NCBI RefSeq assembly: GCF_018977255.1 | Contig: NW_024704743.1 | Coordinates: forward strand, 57,290,001-57,354,000 | Source: Callorhinchus milii | Taxonomy: Eukaryota | Length of the DNA: 64,000 nucleotides | Reading direction: 5' to 3' | Part shown: piece by piece, positions 11,662 through 23,880 of the stretch | Layout: the number at the start of each line of letters is the position of its first letter | Numbering within the stretch: the stretch's first letter is position 1 | Notes under the pieces: model-generated | Databases searched by the model: none | What the model saw: only the letters and a program-made list of their open reading frames with translations | What the model was told of the DNA's origin: nothing | Position numbers and translations under genes: made by a program

Positions 11662-13066
11662 AAATTGAGTCAAGTATTGACTTTGCCAACAGTAGCAACA
11701 ATTTACTAAAAGAAGACTAACGATGGAATGAGTTTGTTGCAAACATTTGTTTCTCCATCCAAATTGAATGAATATATAAAACAACCAAACATCTGATTCA
11801 CATTTCATACACACTAGCACTATCTTATTCCATCACCTTCTGAATTATACAATACAACAAGATTGTCCGTACTCCTAAATATGGTGAAGCTTTTTTAATT
11901 TACTGAGTGTCAAGAGTTTGCACTGCCTGTTTCTAAACTGTTGGTATCTCAAAGGCCATTGCTCTTGTTCAGTTAATCATGTTGCTTGATTGCATTTCAT
12001 GTAATCGTTATGTCTTTGATGCCAATCTGGTCAGATTATTTATTTGTTTGCCTCAGAAGTCAGAATGCTCTGATAATTCCAGTTACTTAGAGTGACTAAT
12101 GCGGAAGTTTGCCACATTTCATCTGTATTCTATCAGCAGATGACATGTTTCATCTGTTCATTTGATCAACAGAGCATTCTAGTTGCTAGTTGTGATTCTT
12201 TAACAAGCTTCATTGAACCAACTATTCACACATTGGATTTTATACTGATTGCTAAAAGGAGTGATCTTTTCAAATTGTCTTCAATTCATATTTGCCATTA
12301 TTACATTGCCAATGTAAAGATTGCTTTACTTAGTGACCAGCTATACTTAGTGATAACTGCCTCCTGCTCACTCACTCCACTCAACCCAGATACTTGTGCA
12401 TTTGTGCACATCTGCAAACAAGGAGAACTGTGCCATATTTATCCTGCAGTGTACAAGCAGCTCTGCAGTCTCCTGAGATTGCCAATATAATGGATTCTGT
12501 TCTGTTTACGCTGCTGTCGTAATCTATAACAATAGCAGCAACATGGAATTAATTCTGTATATGTTGCTCCACTGAAACCCTGTTATTTCCAAAGTCACAA
12601 GTTCTGGCTTTATTTTCTGGTTGCTGACCTTGTCTGTTGTGCGGGGACAATGATACATTGCTGGCCTGGCTAAGCTGTTAAGACTGTCTGTGGCTGGAAG
12701 ATAATGGTAGGTGAGCAAAAGTGAAGGTAACAGCTTTGATGCATTCAGTAAAGCTGCCGCCAGAGGAAGAATAGAAACTCACCTCTGGACACAGTGGGTG
12801 TTGCCTCTGGAGGGTAGTTCCGCCTCATTAACATCACAGTACAGCCGCCAAAACCAGAGCTATGTGGGTTGGAAATTAAGTAATGCTTGAGTTCAGAAGA
12901 AGTCGAATACCATGAGCAATATTTAGTGAAGAACTATTGAATTGACATGTGAGATACACCAGCAGGAGTGCCAGCATCAGCATGGATACAAATGCTAGTT
13001 GGAGTGTTATGGTGCTGGCCACTGGCATCACAATAAAAATGCAAACGTGCTGAGGCTCAGTGGTGA

Positions 13067-13320
13067 TGTTTGTTACTCATGATTCCTGTTACTCATGCTC
13101 TTTGTTTCTCATTCGCCTTGTTACTCGTGCTCTTTGTTACTCCTTGTTATTCATGGACTTTGTTCCTCATGCTCATTGTTACTTAAGCTCCTGATACTTT
13201 TGCTCTTTATCACTTGTGCTCTTGGTTACTCATGCTCTTTGTTACACGTTATGCCCGCTTTTTGGTACGCATGCTCCTTGTTATTTGTGCTGTTTGTTAT
13301 TCCTGCTACATGTTACTCCA
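13067..13320. repeat. Degenerate ~16-bp minisatellite (TGTTACTCATGCTCTT-like)
   Basis: About 15 imperfect tandem units of ttgttactcatgctc. Confidence 0.8.
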
Positions 13321-15149
13321 GTGTTTGGCCTGCTACCATTAAAACCATCAATGAATTCACATAGAGCTTTACACTATCCTATGAAGTACATGTGATCGAG
13401 GTCACAATACCACAATGGTTTATCCGTGTTAACCAGGATAGATCAAAACATTCCCTGTGTCTTCTAGTACCTTTTTATCTAGGTCTAGGAGAGCACAGTT
13501 AAAAACGACATTAGATCTGATATCTTTATTTACAGAGGTGAAAGTTCAAAGCAAGCCAAATAATTGACACCTAAAATAAAAGAGATAAGTTGGAGAAAGG
13601 ATGACAGAGGAAATATTTGTGGGCACTTTTTCCTGAATTTTTCAAAGTACTGAGACCTGTTGCCAAGGTAACCTTTAGCTTGATGCTATTATATCTTCAC
13701 CAGTATGTAAGGTCAGAGTGGCTCACAGTGACTGACAATGAAGAGATGTGAAAATGGGCAGCGAAATTTGCTTCTTTCACAGTTAAAGGTTAAAGTTAAT
13801 TTAAAAAAAAGGTATTGGAGGATAAGCGGTATTGATGTGATAATTATCACATTACTGCATTTTCACACTTTATGGTAAAACATACCTGCTTCAAAATGAG
13901 CAAAACAATATCTCAGTGCTCTAAGTCACTATGAAAGAAATTGTTAGACCTTCACATGAGGGAGAGAGTAAGGAATGGGTGGAGACTCATGTGCAGTATA
14001 AACACTGACATGGACTGGTTGTGCCTATTGGGGTCTTTCCGTGCTGTATATTCTTTGTATAACCAAATGTACTGTGGCTCCAAATAAGAGCGAATCTCCA
14101 ATAAACCTGCTTATAACAATTGTACAGCTAATAGCACTGTATGTAAATTACAGTTATGCCTGCTTTCCTAAGTAATGGTTAAATGAGATACAGTGCATGA
14201 CTTGGATCATTAATTGCTCATGATTTATTTTACAATCTTTTCAATCCTGGAGGCGACTACAATCTGTGGTATTGTGATATATGTTTTTTTTCCCCCCCCG
14301 GGTAACCATCTGGTACTCCTGGTAAAAGTTCACAATGTACAACAGTTTAAAACTGTGCAGCGCCTTGGGACGTCCTCCCGACGTGAAAGGCGCTCAATAA
14401 ATGTAATCTTGTTGTTGTTGTTGTAAAACTGTTCACAAATAAAAAAATATTCATTTACTCCATGGCTGTTTGTGGGTCGTTGCTGTGCCCAAATTGGCTG
14501 CCTCATTTGCTTATTAATTTTACACTAATTTTACACGAACAGCTACCCTCCTTAAACTGTACCAGTTACACTGGGCATCCTTTACAGGAAGTGATAGAAG
14601 TGTATCATCCACGTGATACAGCACTTTTTTTAAATGCAAGAATGATCAAATGCAAGGGCAAGCATTATAAGTTATAATGGCTAATATGTTGCAACTCTTA
14701 AATTACCTACAAAGAAATCCACAAGGCTATCCTTTGTAATGTTTTGAAAAGACTATTGTGTATATATGAAGATAACAGTCTCTCCTCAAATCGACCTCTG
14801 CTGTCGTTTCCTCCCCATGTAGACCACCCTTACAGTTATGTCTTTGCAAAGGCACTAGACATTTATATTTCTGAAAGCTGTCACATGGCTATAGTATCTG
14901 CCTCCTCCTTATGGGTTTACCTCCAGTCATGTCTTCAGGTGCATTGGTATGTCAGGACCTCTTAAAGTACTGATAATAATGTTGAAATGTGAGCTTAAAG
15001 TCTTTTGGAGATGTACTAAAAATAAATGCCCTTTATTGTCACTTTTAGAGCTGCTCACAGGATATTTTTTTACTGTCCTGAATGTGGGTTAAACAAAACT
15101 CACAAATCCGCTCACCCTTTGACTGTTTGTCTGACAAAATTCCCCCTAC

Positions 15150-15440
15150 CCCTTGAAATTAAAGCTAAGTCACTTAAAATCAAAATCAGAAAACATTCCT
15201 TCACTGAGAACTGTGAGAATTTAGAAGTCTGGGGAAGCCCCCAGAGGGCTATGGATGCAAAATTGATTTGGGTGCTTTTGAATGAGACTGATAGGTACTT
15301 GGAAAATACGGGTATTAAGGGATACAATAAAAGCAGGGAAATGGGAGTAAAGGATTTGGATGTATCCAATAAAATGGCAGAACAGGCTCACATAGTAAAT
15401 GGCCTAATCCTTTTCCTATGTTACCATGCTCCTAACCACG
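15150..15440 (+). mobile_element. CR1 LINE 3' fragment
   Basis: atcagaaaacattccttcactgaga...gggtattaagggata...aaatggcctaatcctttttcctatg, a typical CR1 ORF2 end and 3' UTR. Confidence 0.75.
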
Positions 15441-16307
15441 TTTGATAAGTTATATTTTAAATTATGCAATTTTTCAAGGCTCTGCAGCATGATCCTGTTA
15501 AAATCATATGTCAGCTTCATAAGGCTACAATTAATCTGTATTTATGTATCAATGTGGTATTAATGGAAGGATGCAATCAGCCTTCCAGAACCTTGCGCAG
15601 TTCATCAGTCTTAGTAATAACAACAACTTGCATTTATATAGCGCCCTTCACGTGGGATAGCGTCCTGGAGCGCTTAGTGATAATGAGTGCTGACAGTCTG
15701 TTTGACCACAGGGCTGTAAGCACCAGATCCAAACCCATTCTTATTCTCACCTGAAGTCCTTAAGTAAACATTTTCCAGCAGAGCCCAGAGAATCGTGATC
15801 AGCAACACGTACCCTGTCTGATTTCCCACCAAACCTTCTATTTTCCACAGACGTTAAGGTGAATTACAGGATTCCCACTGTTGCCAATATCCAGATAACC
15901 CAGCACAAGTCAAATCTTTGACTTTCTGCTCTTCGTGGCTCAGTTCTACATTTGACAGTCCCTTTACCCATGGCACAATTGATGACACTGTGAATCTTAA
16001 TGTAATTATTTTTCCTTTTCACCGTCTGCACATTATTAGTGAGGTTGGAATACTTAATGCAGATCATATTGCAATACACACACAAATTCCATTGCTGTTA
16101 GTAATAGGAAGTGGGTGCCCTGCAAAAGAATTTCTTGCTATTCCTTTGCCGTATATTAAGGACAATTTATTCGCTCTCTTAAAATGGAAAGATGATCAAG
16201 AATATCACAGGAAAACCATGTAACATTTGTTACTAAAAAATAATAAATCATTTAGTTATCTAAAAATATATAAGGAGTATATGCAAACCATCCTCACATT
16301 ACCTTGT

Positions 16308-16620
16308 GGAGTCCTGTAGCTCAGTGGTTGAGCACTCGCTTTGCAAGCTAGAGACCTGAGTTCAATTCCAGGCAGGGCGAAACCTTGGGCAAGTTTCCTT
16401 ACTCCACACGCCTAATAATAATCCCTCCAAAACCAAAAACAATAATAAATTGGTCATTTTCAATCCACGACTGTTTGTGGGACATTGCTGTGCGCAATTG
16501 GCTGCCGCGTTCGCCCACAAATATACAGTCAATTCACTTTACAGTGTGTTCTGTGAAGCGCTTTGGGACGTCCTCCCGACGTGAAAAGCGCTATATCAAA
16601 TGCAAGGATTATTATTATTA
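16308..16620 (+). mobile_element. Young tRNA-Ala SINE, full length
   Basis: GGAGTCCTGTAGCTCAG head through GGGACGTCCTCCCGACGTGAAAAGCGCT stem-loop and (TTA)n tail. Confidence 0.92.
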
Positions 16621-17179
16621 CTTCTCTTGTATGAAACATATATTTCAATAAACCTGCCAGGATGATAGTGCCTTGTAATATGCTTGGTCAGCGAATGTGA
16701 CACACATTGCTCATCTTGTGCATAACAGTCATTTTGTCTTAGTTGCCTGCGATGTTCCCCAAGGTTTTTCCCTTCAAGGTAAATTGTCATATTCAAATGC
16801 ATTCTCTGAAGTCAGAAGCTGATGATCTATTGAGCACAATCTCACTGCTACCATTTCAGAAAAAGAAAACAAAACCCTCAAAAATAAGCAGGTAACTAAA
16901 CTGTCTTTAATGAAAAGAATGTTTTTTTCAAGAAGTGATTCTTGGTTGCAATATCCAACTGGGTTAAGTTCCTGGATTACCTGCAGCATGTCATAATCCA
17001 GTGAATCTTGCTGTTTATGGTGTGACAACACATCACGGGACATTTCACTTCTGAGATGTGTCAGTTGATAACTGGCTGTGGGTGAATATCCATCACATTA
17101 ATTTTATTCAAAGAATTGTGTCCATAGCTGCTTACAGTGGCCATTAAGTTAGCCGGCAGTGCCTTGGAGCAAACAACCT

Positions 17180-18110
17180 CAGAGAGGATCTTATAGAGAT
17201 ATGTAAGATTTTAAATGGGATTGATAAAGTAAGCTTAGAACAATACTTTTGGATGCACCGAGATAGTAGAACAAGAGGACACGGATTTAGAGTAGCAAAG
17301 GGCAATTTTAGCACAGATCCAGGAAGTATTTCTTAATTAGTGACTGGAACAGGTTTGAGGGCAAGATGCTGGATTCATTTAAGACACAGCTTAATGCTGC
17401 AATAGAAGGATAGTAAGATGGGTGCTTTGGAAAGATTAGATCAAATAGGCTGAAAGGCATTCTTCATCAGAATCTCTCTTGTGATCCTATGATCACTTGC
17501 TCCCATCATTTCAATGGTGGTTGGGAAATACCATCTTTAACTAAACTTTTGAAGTTATACAAGAGAATGGTTAGGCTGCAGTTGAAGTATTGAATCTTCT
17601 TTTGGGCATCTCACCATAGAAAGAGCTTCTAGCCATAGTGAGGATACAGTGGAGATTCACTGGGATGACATATGGTTGAGAGGTTATAATATCGTGGATT
17701 GGTTTAAAAAATTAGGACTGTTTTCTTTGGAGTGGATAAAGTTAACAAGGGATTTAATGGAGGTTTTAAAAAATTATGAATGTTTTTGATAATATTAAGT
17801 TCCTTTTTTTGGTCAGACAGGTGTGCGAAACATGTGAAAACCTATCACCATCAGTGGGTAAAGACTATTCTCACTGATCGGTGAATCAGCAAAAAGAGGG
17901 TATAAATCATGGATTATCTTATCACCACATGAGAAAAGGATAAGCTTTTATTTAGACATAGGGTTGTTATTTTGTAACATGAAATGTCTCACCATAGGTC
18001 ACTGTTGAAGGTGAATCATTGTTAATATTGAAGAGGGAATTGGATAAATTCTTGAGGAAAATAATATTTAGATATGAAGAAAGAGCAGGTACTAAATAAT
18101 TAGTGAGGGA
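17180..18110 (+). mobile_element. Two adjacent CR1 ORF2 C-terminal fragments
   Basis: Decayed DLIE.CKILNGIDKV...RTRGHGFRV (17180-17495) and LYK.MVRLQLKY...KLGLFSLE...DLMEV (17550-18110). Confidence 0.8.
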
Positions 18111-18159
18111 CCTAGCACGAGCAACAACAACTTGCAATTATATAACACTGTTGGGTGGG

Positions 18160-18225
18160 GGGGTAGTGTCTGTAAACACTGTATAAATCCAAGGGGTAGT
18201 GTCTGTAAACACTGTATAAATCCAA
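18160..18225. repeat. Perfect 33-bp tandem duplication
   Basis: ggggtagtgtctgtaaacactgtataaatccaa twice (18160-18192 and 18193-18225). Confidence 0.95.
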
Positions 18226-19519
18226 GATTTGGAAGAAAGAAATTAAGAATGAGCTGCAATGGGGGAAACCAGTGTGGAAAGGAGAAATAAAGATAAAGCC
18301 TAAGGCAAAATTAAAGCCATCCTCCCCACCATCAGTTGTTGAGATTTCAGCCATTCTGCCTCCACTCTCTGCAGCTTCATCTCACCGTCTCTCCACCTCA
18401 ACCCCTCCTCACCTCAACACCCCCTCACTTTTAAAGCATGCCTTAAGACTAATCTTTTAGGCCCTGCTTTCAGTCATCCTTCCCCCACTCTTCCTCTTCA
18501 CGTCCTCCTCCCCCCCCTTCCCCCCCCACCCCCAGCTTGGGCATCCAGTTAGCAGTGTAAAGTGCTTTGAGGTGTTCTTTTGCTGTGAAAGGCGCCTTAT
18601 AACTGTAAATTGTATTGTATTAAAGTCAGAGAAGAGGAAACAAAGAAGCAATAAGAAGTGTTGGTGCGGGGGGTTAGATGTGGTGGGGGGGAGCGGGGGG
18701 TTGGGTCAGATGCCTTGGTTATTATTATTGCATGTGTGACACGATGACCCTGAAGTTAGCCAGATGACCCCTTTGTTTATTAAATGACCCCTAAAATTTG
18801 TACTTTTGTGTCACTGCAACCAGACATAAAGACCCTGGAAAGTGCATTCCTGAACCAGAAGAAATTGAGAAGGGTGAGGGGGACACGCAACAAAACAAAG
18901 AGGAAATGTGAGGAAACAAATTAACAGCAAAATCCAAAACAAGTTAAAATGGATAGGAGGGAAATAAACCTCCTGTCCTATTTAAAGTGAACATCTCTTT
19001 GTACAACTGTTCTTTCTTTTGCTGCTTTTATTGCCCTCTCTTTGTTACTTCCTTTCATTGAGTTAGCAGGATTCCCTTTAAGTAGATCAACTCTGCAGGT
19101 GGCTGTTAGATAGCTATCCTTGCTGTTTTTACTGTGTTCTTGGATCCTTCCACAACCACTGTGGGGGAGGGGAGCAGGGGAGGGGGGCATGGAGAAATAA
19201 ATAGATTTCCTGCTGTGAGGTGGGTGTGATGGCAATTCTCTTTCTGTCCATCAACCCCATTGTCATTGTTATTGCATTTTGGAAATTTTACTCTTATAAG
19301 CACATTCACAGTTCTGAAGGTGTTTGGGTCTGTGGGTGAGACTTTAAGCTCTAAACCATTGAAGCTTCAAATGGAAAAGTCTATTATTGTTCCAGTTTCA
19401 GTAAAAGGGAATAGTGGGTCAGTAGGCCGCAGAAAGACTCTTGTACTGATATCAAAACAGTAGCTCAATGACTGATGAATGAACAAAAGAGTCAGTGGGT
19501 CTGTGTAAATAGTAGGAAT

Positions 19520-19760
19520 AACATGTGTTTTACATAGAGAGTAGTTATGGTCTGGAATGCACTGCCTGAAAGAGTGGTGGAAGCATATTCGACAATAGTT
19601 TTCAACAAGGAATTCAATATGAACTCAAAAAGAAAGAATTTCCAGGGCTTTGGTGTAAGAATGGGGGAGTGGGACTTGTTGGTAGTTCTTTCAAAGAGCC
19701 GACATAGGTAAGGTTGGCTGAATGGCCTTCTTCTGTGCTGAGAATCATAGATGATTCTCG
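19520..19760 (+). mobile_element. CR1 3' end
   Basis: tggaatgcactgcctgaaagagtggtggaagca...ggctgaatggccttcttctgtgctg, followed by a gattct-type tail. Confidence 0.78.
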
Positions 19761-21869
19761 GTAATCAATTAACTGATCAGTTTATAAAATAGCAGTTCAA
19801 TAACAGAGAGACTGTTGGGTCCAGAATGTAGCAACTTTGTGGGATTTCTTAAAAACTACATGGAGTTGAGAATAGGGACTTCTTCCAATCATCAGACATG
19901 TCAACCAGACCCACGTAAGCTCATCTCCGAACATAGATTGTGGCAGCATGGAATTCCAGCAGGTCTGTGTGACATACTTTCCACAACTGGAGTTATTCTG
20001 GTTTATTCCTTCTATGCAGCACAAGTGTTGACGTGGACTAAGTGCTCATCCCCTTTAGTGACTGTTTCATATTTAAAGTTATTTTCTTTCAGTGTTAAAA
20101 TTGCTTTGGAGTTAAAAGGGACAAATTCAGAATAAGTATCCAACAGAGAACAAGGAGCACATGGACCCCTCCCTATATATGTGTGACTGTCGGGGGTGGG
20201 GGGTTAAGAGGTTTCCATGGAGCTGAGATGGCTCCAATGTGAAGCAACCCTCTATGGCAGTCTGAGTAGTCCGGTTCCTAACCCAGGCATGTCCATAATA
20301 CTCCAGGGCATTGCTGATGACAGGGGAGCATCCTGGTTCATCCACAGGAATTGGAGCGGCTGTGGTTATCTCCATTTGGCTCCTCTTAACCCTGAAAGAT
20401 AAAACCTTAATGGTTGTCAATGGACTAGCAATGGGAAGCTTGCCTGGCAGTGCTCTCGATGGCAAGCTATGCATTGTTACCTGGTTAAACTCCAGCAATA
20501 CCCCATCGCATACACTGTTAGTAGCTTGTTAGTAATTTTGGAAAGCTAATAGGTTGGAGATTTTCACAACCAAGGGGCTTCAGACCTGAGATATTTTCTC
20601 TATCAAGATGTATTTGTATTTTGAGAATGTCCATATACAAAGATATACACAAACATATGCACCCACAGATACAGAGCACACATAAACATACATATACAAT
20701 TACTACCTAAACTTTGTATTTACACACATACAGATGCAGTACACAGATATACACACATGCACAGGAGCTATTGTCTGCAAATTTACCTTCTTGGGGGTTA
20801 CAAGATAGAAGGAAAAATCCCATTATAAACATGCACCAACAAGGTCGGTAAGTTTATCACCAGTTGGGGGAATAACAAGCACTTGCTATCAAGATTACAA
20901 GTGCAGAATGTCTCTGCTTCAAATGCTATCTCTTAAACTGGCAGATTTACTCAGAATTTCTTTGTTAACTTTAGTGAGCAGAAGACTTCCTGATGGCCAG
21001 TACTCGAATAATCGGAATCATTCGCTTGCAACCCTCAAGCAATTCTTTTGAACAATTTGATGTGTATTTTTATTGCTAAAATCGTTGAACGTTGACGGGA
21101 ACAATTATTGTTGATGAATATCAGAGCTGAAGTAAGCAAGGCAGCGAGAGTATTGGCTGCATTCAGTCATTAGTTATATTTTTCAAATGAAAACTTGGAA
21201 GTACTTTAAATATGGGCACAAAACTAGACTGATGAAGAAATATAATAATATGATGATACTGATATACTGTATCTTATTAATGCCCCAGAATGATGCAGAC
21301 ATAATGATAGTAATAATATTGATCCTTACATTTGATGTAGTGTCTTTCAAATAAGGAGGACGTCTCAAAGTAATTCACAGGATTTACTGTAAAGTCTAGT
21401 GACTGTGCATTTTGTGGGTGAATACAGTCACTGTGCTGTTTCAAATGCAAAGATTATTATTTAATTGTTATACTGTACATGAACACTCAAAGATTAATGT
21501 ACATCGGGCATTTGCGCTTATTTTTCAGTGATTTTTCTGGTTTTCACTAAACTTTGAATTCTCTTGGTGTTTCAGTTGCCATTTTGTTAAAATAGTATAA
21601 AATTGAATGAAATGCCAAACTCCCACAACCAAATCTGTCAACCGCTTACTGTTGTAAGCAGTGATTGTGACTTTCAGCTGTGCAATTCCATAAAAATGTA
21701 AATATCTGAATGTTGAAAATTGTTTTGGAGATAACATAAAACAGACGGTTTTGAAGATTTTAGCAGGAAGCATTCATAACACTCCACCATCCAGCTTCCA
21801 ACATATGCTGGTTGAGCTTTGAGAATTTGACCTTTGCAATGTAGAGTTTCCTCATAGGCTCAAGAGGCT

Positions 21870-22150
21870 GAAAGCCAATAAATCCCCCTGGACAGATGAA
21901 CTGTACCATGGAGAATGTAGAGATATAAGAAAGGAGATTTTTGAAGTATTATCAGGCATTTTGAGGGAATCAATGAAACCTGGAGAAGTTCTCACAGATT
22001 GTAAACAAGAAAATGTGGTTCCCATTATTGGTTAAGGAGCCATACCTGGTAACTAAAGACCCATTGACTTGACCTCAATAGCTGGAAAATTAATGGAATC
22101 AATCAAAAACTGAATAAAGATTACTTGTATGAAAATAGCTGAGAAATGAA
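21870..22150 (+). mobile_element. CR1 ORF2 internal (pre-RT) fragment
   Basis: Decayed KSPGQDE...GEVL.D.KQENVVPI...PGN*RPIDLTSIAGKLMESI. Confidence 0.78.
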
Positions 22151-22639
22151 AGGCTTCAAAAAGGGCAGGCCACCCTCATGGACTTTTTGTGGCATGGACC
22201 ATGAGAAACATATGGATACATTATTCAGCTTTGAAAATTGATGTCTCTGAGGAGACCATAAGATGCTGAACAGGAAATAGAAAGTAAAAACCCAGAAAAT
22301 GCTCAGGTAGAAAAACAAGGGGCATATGTTCAGGGTTGTTAAGGGCAATTTATTTCAGAAGAGGTTAACAGATGAAAGAGCTTACGAGTAATGCTGGTGA
22401 GGTCAGGTTGCTGGATGTCTTTAAGAAAACGCATGATATAGTAACAGGAATATGGTGGGGAAAGTATTCAGGAAGGATGAGATACAATAGGCCAAAAGTA
22501 TTCTTCATCCTAACCTTTCTTGTCATTTTGTGACTTTTTTTTAAAAAAGTACAAATCAATAGAGTATTTCTTCCAATTGATATGAAGGAACAGCAAACTC
22601 CGTTGCAGGTTGCAAGTATCTTCAAGTTTGTTTAAATTG

Positions 22640-23268
22640 AACTTGTAATCCGACGCATCGCCCGTCTCCTCCAATACCGCTCCCCAAGAGCCGCTGAAAC
22701 CCTGGTCCATGCCTTTGTCACCTATCGGCTGGACTACGTCAATGCCCTCCTCGCCGGTCTCCCATCCACTACCATCCATAAAATCCAAATCATTCAAAAC
22801 TCTGCCGCCGCATTCTCACCCGCATGAAACTCCGCTCCCGATTACCCCAGTCCTTGCCAGACTGCACTGGCTGCCTATCCCAGAGAGGATCGATTTCAAG
22901 ATCATCACACTTGTTTTCAAGTCCCTGCACTCCTCTGCACACCCCTACCTCTTTGATCTGCTCTCTCCTCAAAACAGTACCTGTTGCCTCCGTTCCTCTG
23001 GGTCTGGCCTCCTTCTCGTCCCCCGAGTCCTCCACTCCACCATCGGTGGCTGTGCCTTCAGCCACTATGTCCCAAGGCTCTGGAACTGCCTTCCTCACTG
23101 CCTTCCCATTTTCAGATCTCTGCTGAAGACCTTTCTTTTCGACTGCGCCTTTGGTCACCTTCCCACCCCCCACTCCCCCTGGCTCGGTACCGGGATCCGT
23201 TACTGTAAAGCACTCTGAGACGCCATCCGAGTGGAGGGCGCTATATAAATCCAAGTTGTTGTTGTTGT
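22640..23268 (+). mobile_element. L2 LINE 3' fragment (well preserved)
   Basis: AETLVHAFVTYRLDYVNALLAGLP...IQIIQNSAA / ITPVLARLHWLPIPERIDFKI...LKTFLF, ending ggagggcgctatataaatccaag(TTG)n. Confidence 0.92.
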
Positions 23269-23512
23269 AATGAGGTGATTCACTGGGCAGTCCACTTTAA
23301 CTTCTTGTGATCAGTAAAGACTGTAATCTCAGACAATGATCTTTCAATATTGAAACCTGCCACAGGAAAACTACAAAGCCCAAATCTCAGTTTTGACTAA
23401 GTCTAAGCCACAAAGATCAAAGCTTCTATGATCCTGAGAACCATGCCAGTTATTCAAAGATGTTCGTAAATTGTTTCTTCTTCTGTGATCACTAATATGT
23501 TTCATCCTTCAT

Positions 23513-23880
23513 GGAGACCTGTAACTCAGTGGTTAGAGCACTAGCCTCGCAAGTGGTTCGATTCCCGGCAGGGCGAAACATTGGGCAAGTTTCCTTACTC
23601 CACACGCCTCTGTTTACCTTGCGGTAAGTAGGAACCCGATTATTAGTCGATTGGCGGATCGCTTTTCCAGAGGTAAGAATTCCTTCAAAAAAAGAATAAT
23701 AATTTAGTCATTCAATCCACGACTGTTTGTGGGACACTGCTGTGCGCAATTGGCTGCCGTGTTTCGCCCACAAAATATACAATCAATTCACTTTGCAGTA
23801 TATTCTGTGAAGTGCTTTGAGACATCTCGAAGACGTGATAAAGCTGTATATCAAATGCAAGGATTATTATCATTATTATT
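23513..23880 (+). mobile_element. tRNA-derived SINE, long form
   Basis: Head, 65-bp internal segment (23609-23673), body and (TTA)n tail. A partial long-form copy also lies at about 24808-25085. Confidence 0.88.

Noticed and set aside
16308..16380. tRNA-Ala(TGC)-like sequence (also at 1-95, 3010-3081, 26788, 44515-44586)
   Set aside because: It is the SINE head: no proper acceptor stem or terminator, and always fused to the SINE body and (TTA)n tail.
16385..16651. Recurrent ORF ...CLWDIAVRNWLPRSPTNIQSIHF... appearing many times in the ORF track
   Set aside because: Translation of SINE copies, not a gene family.
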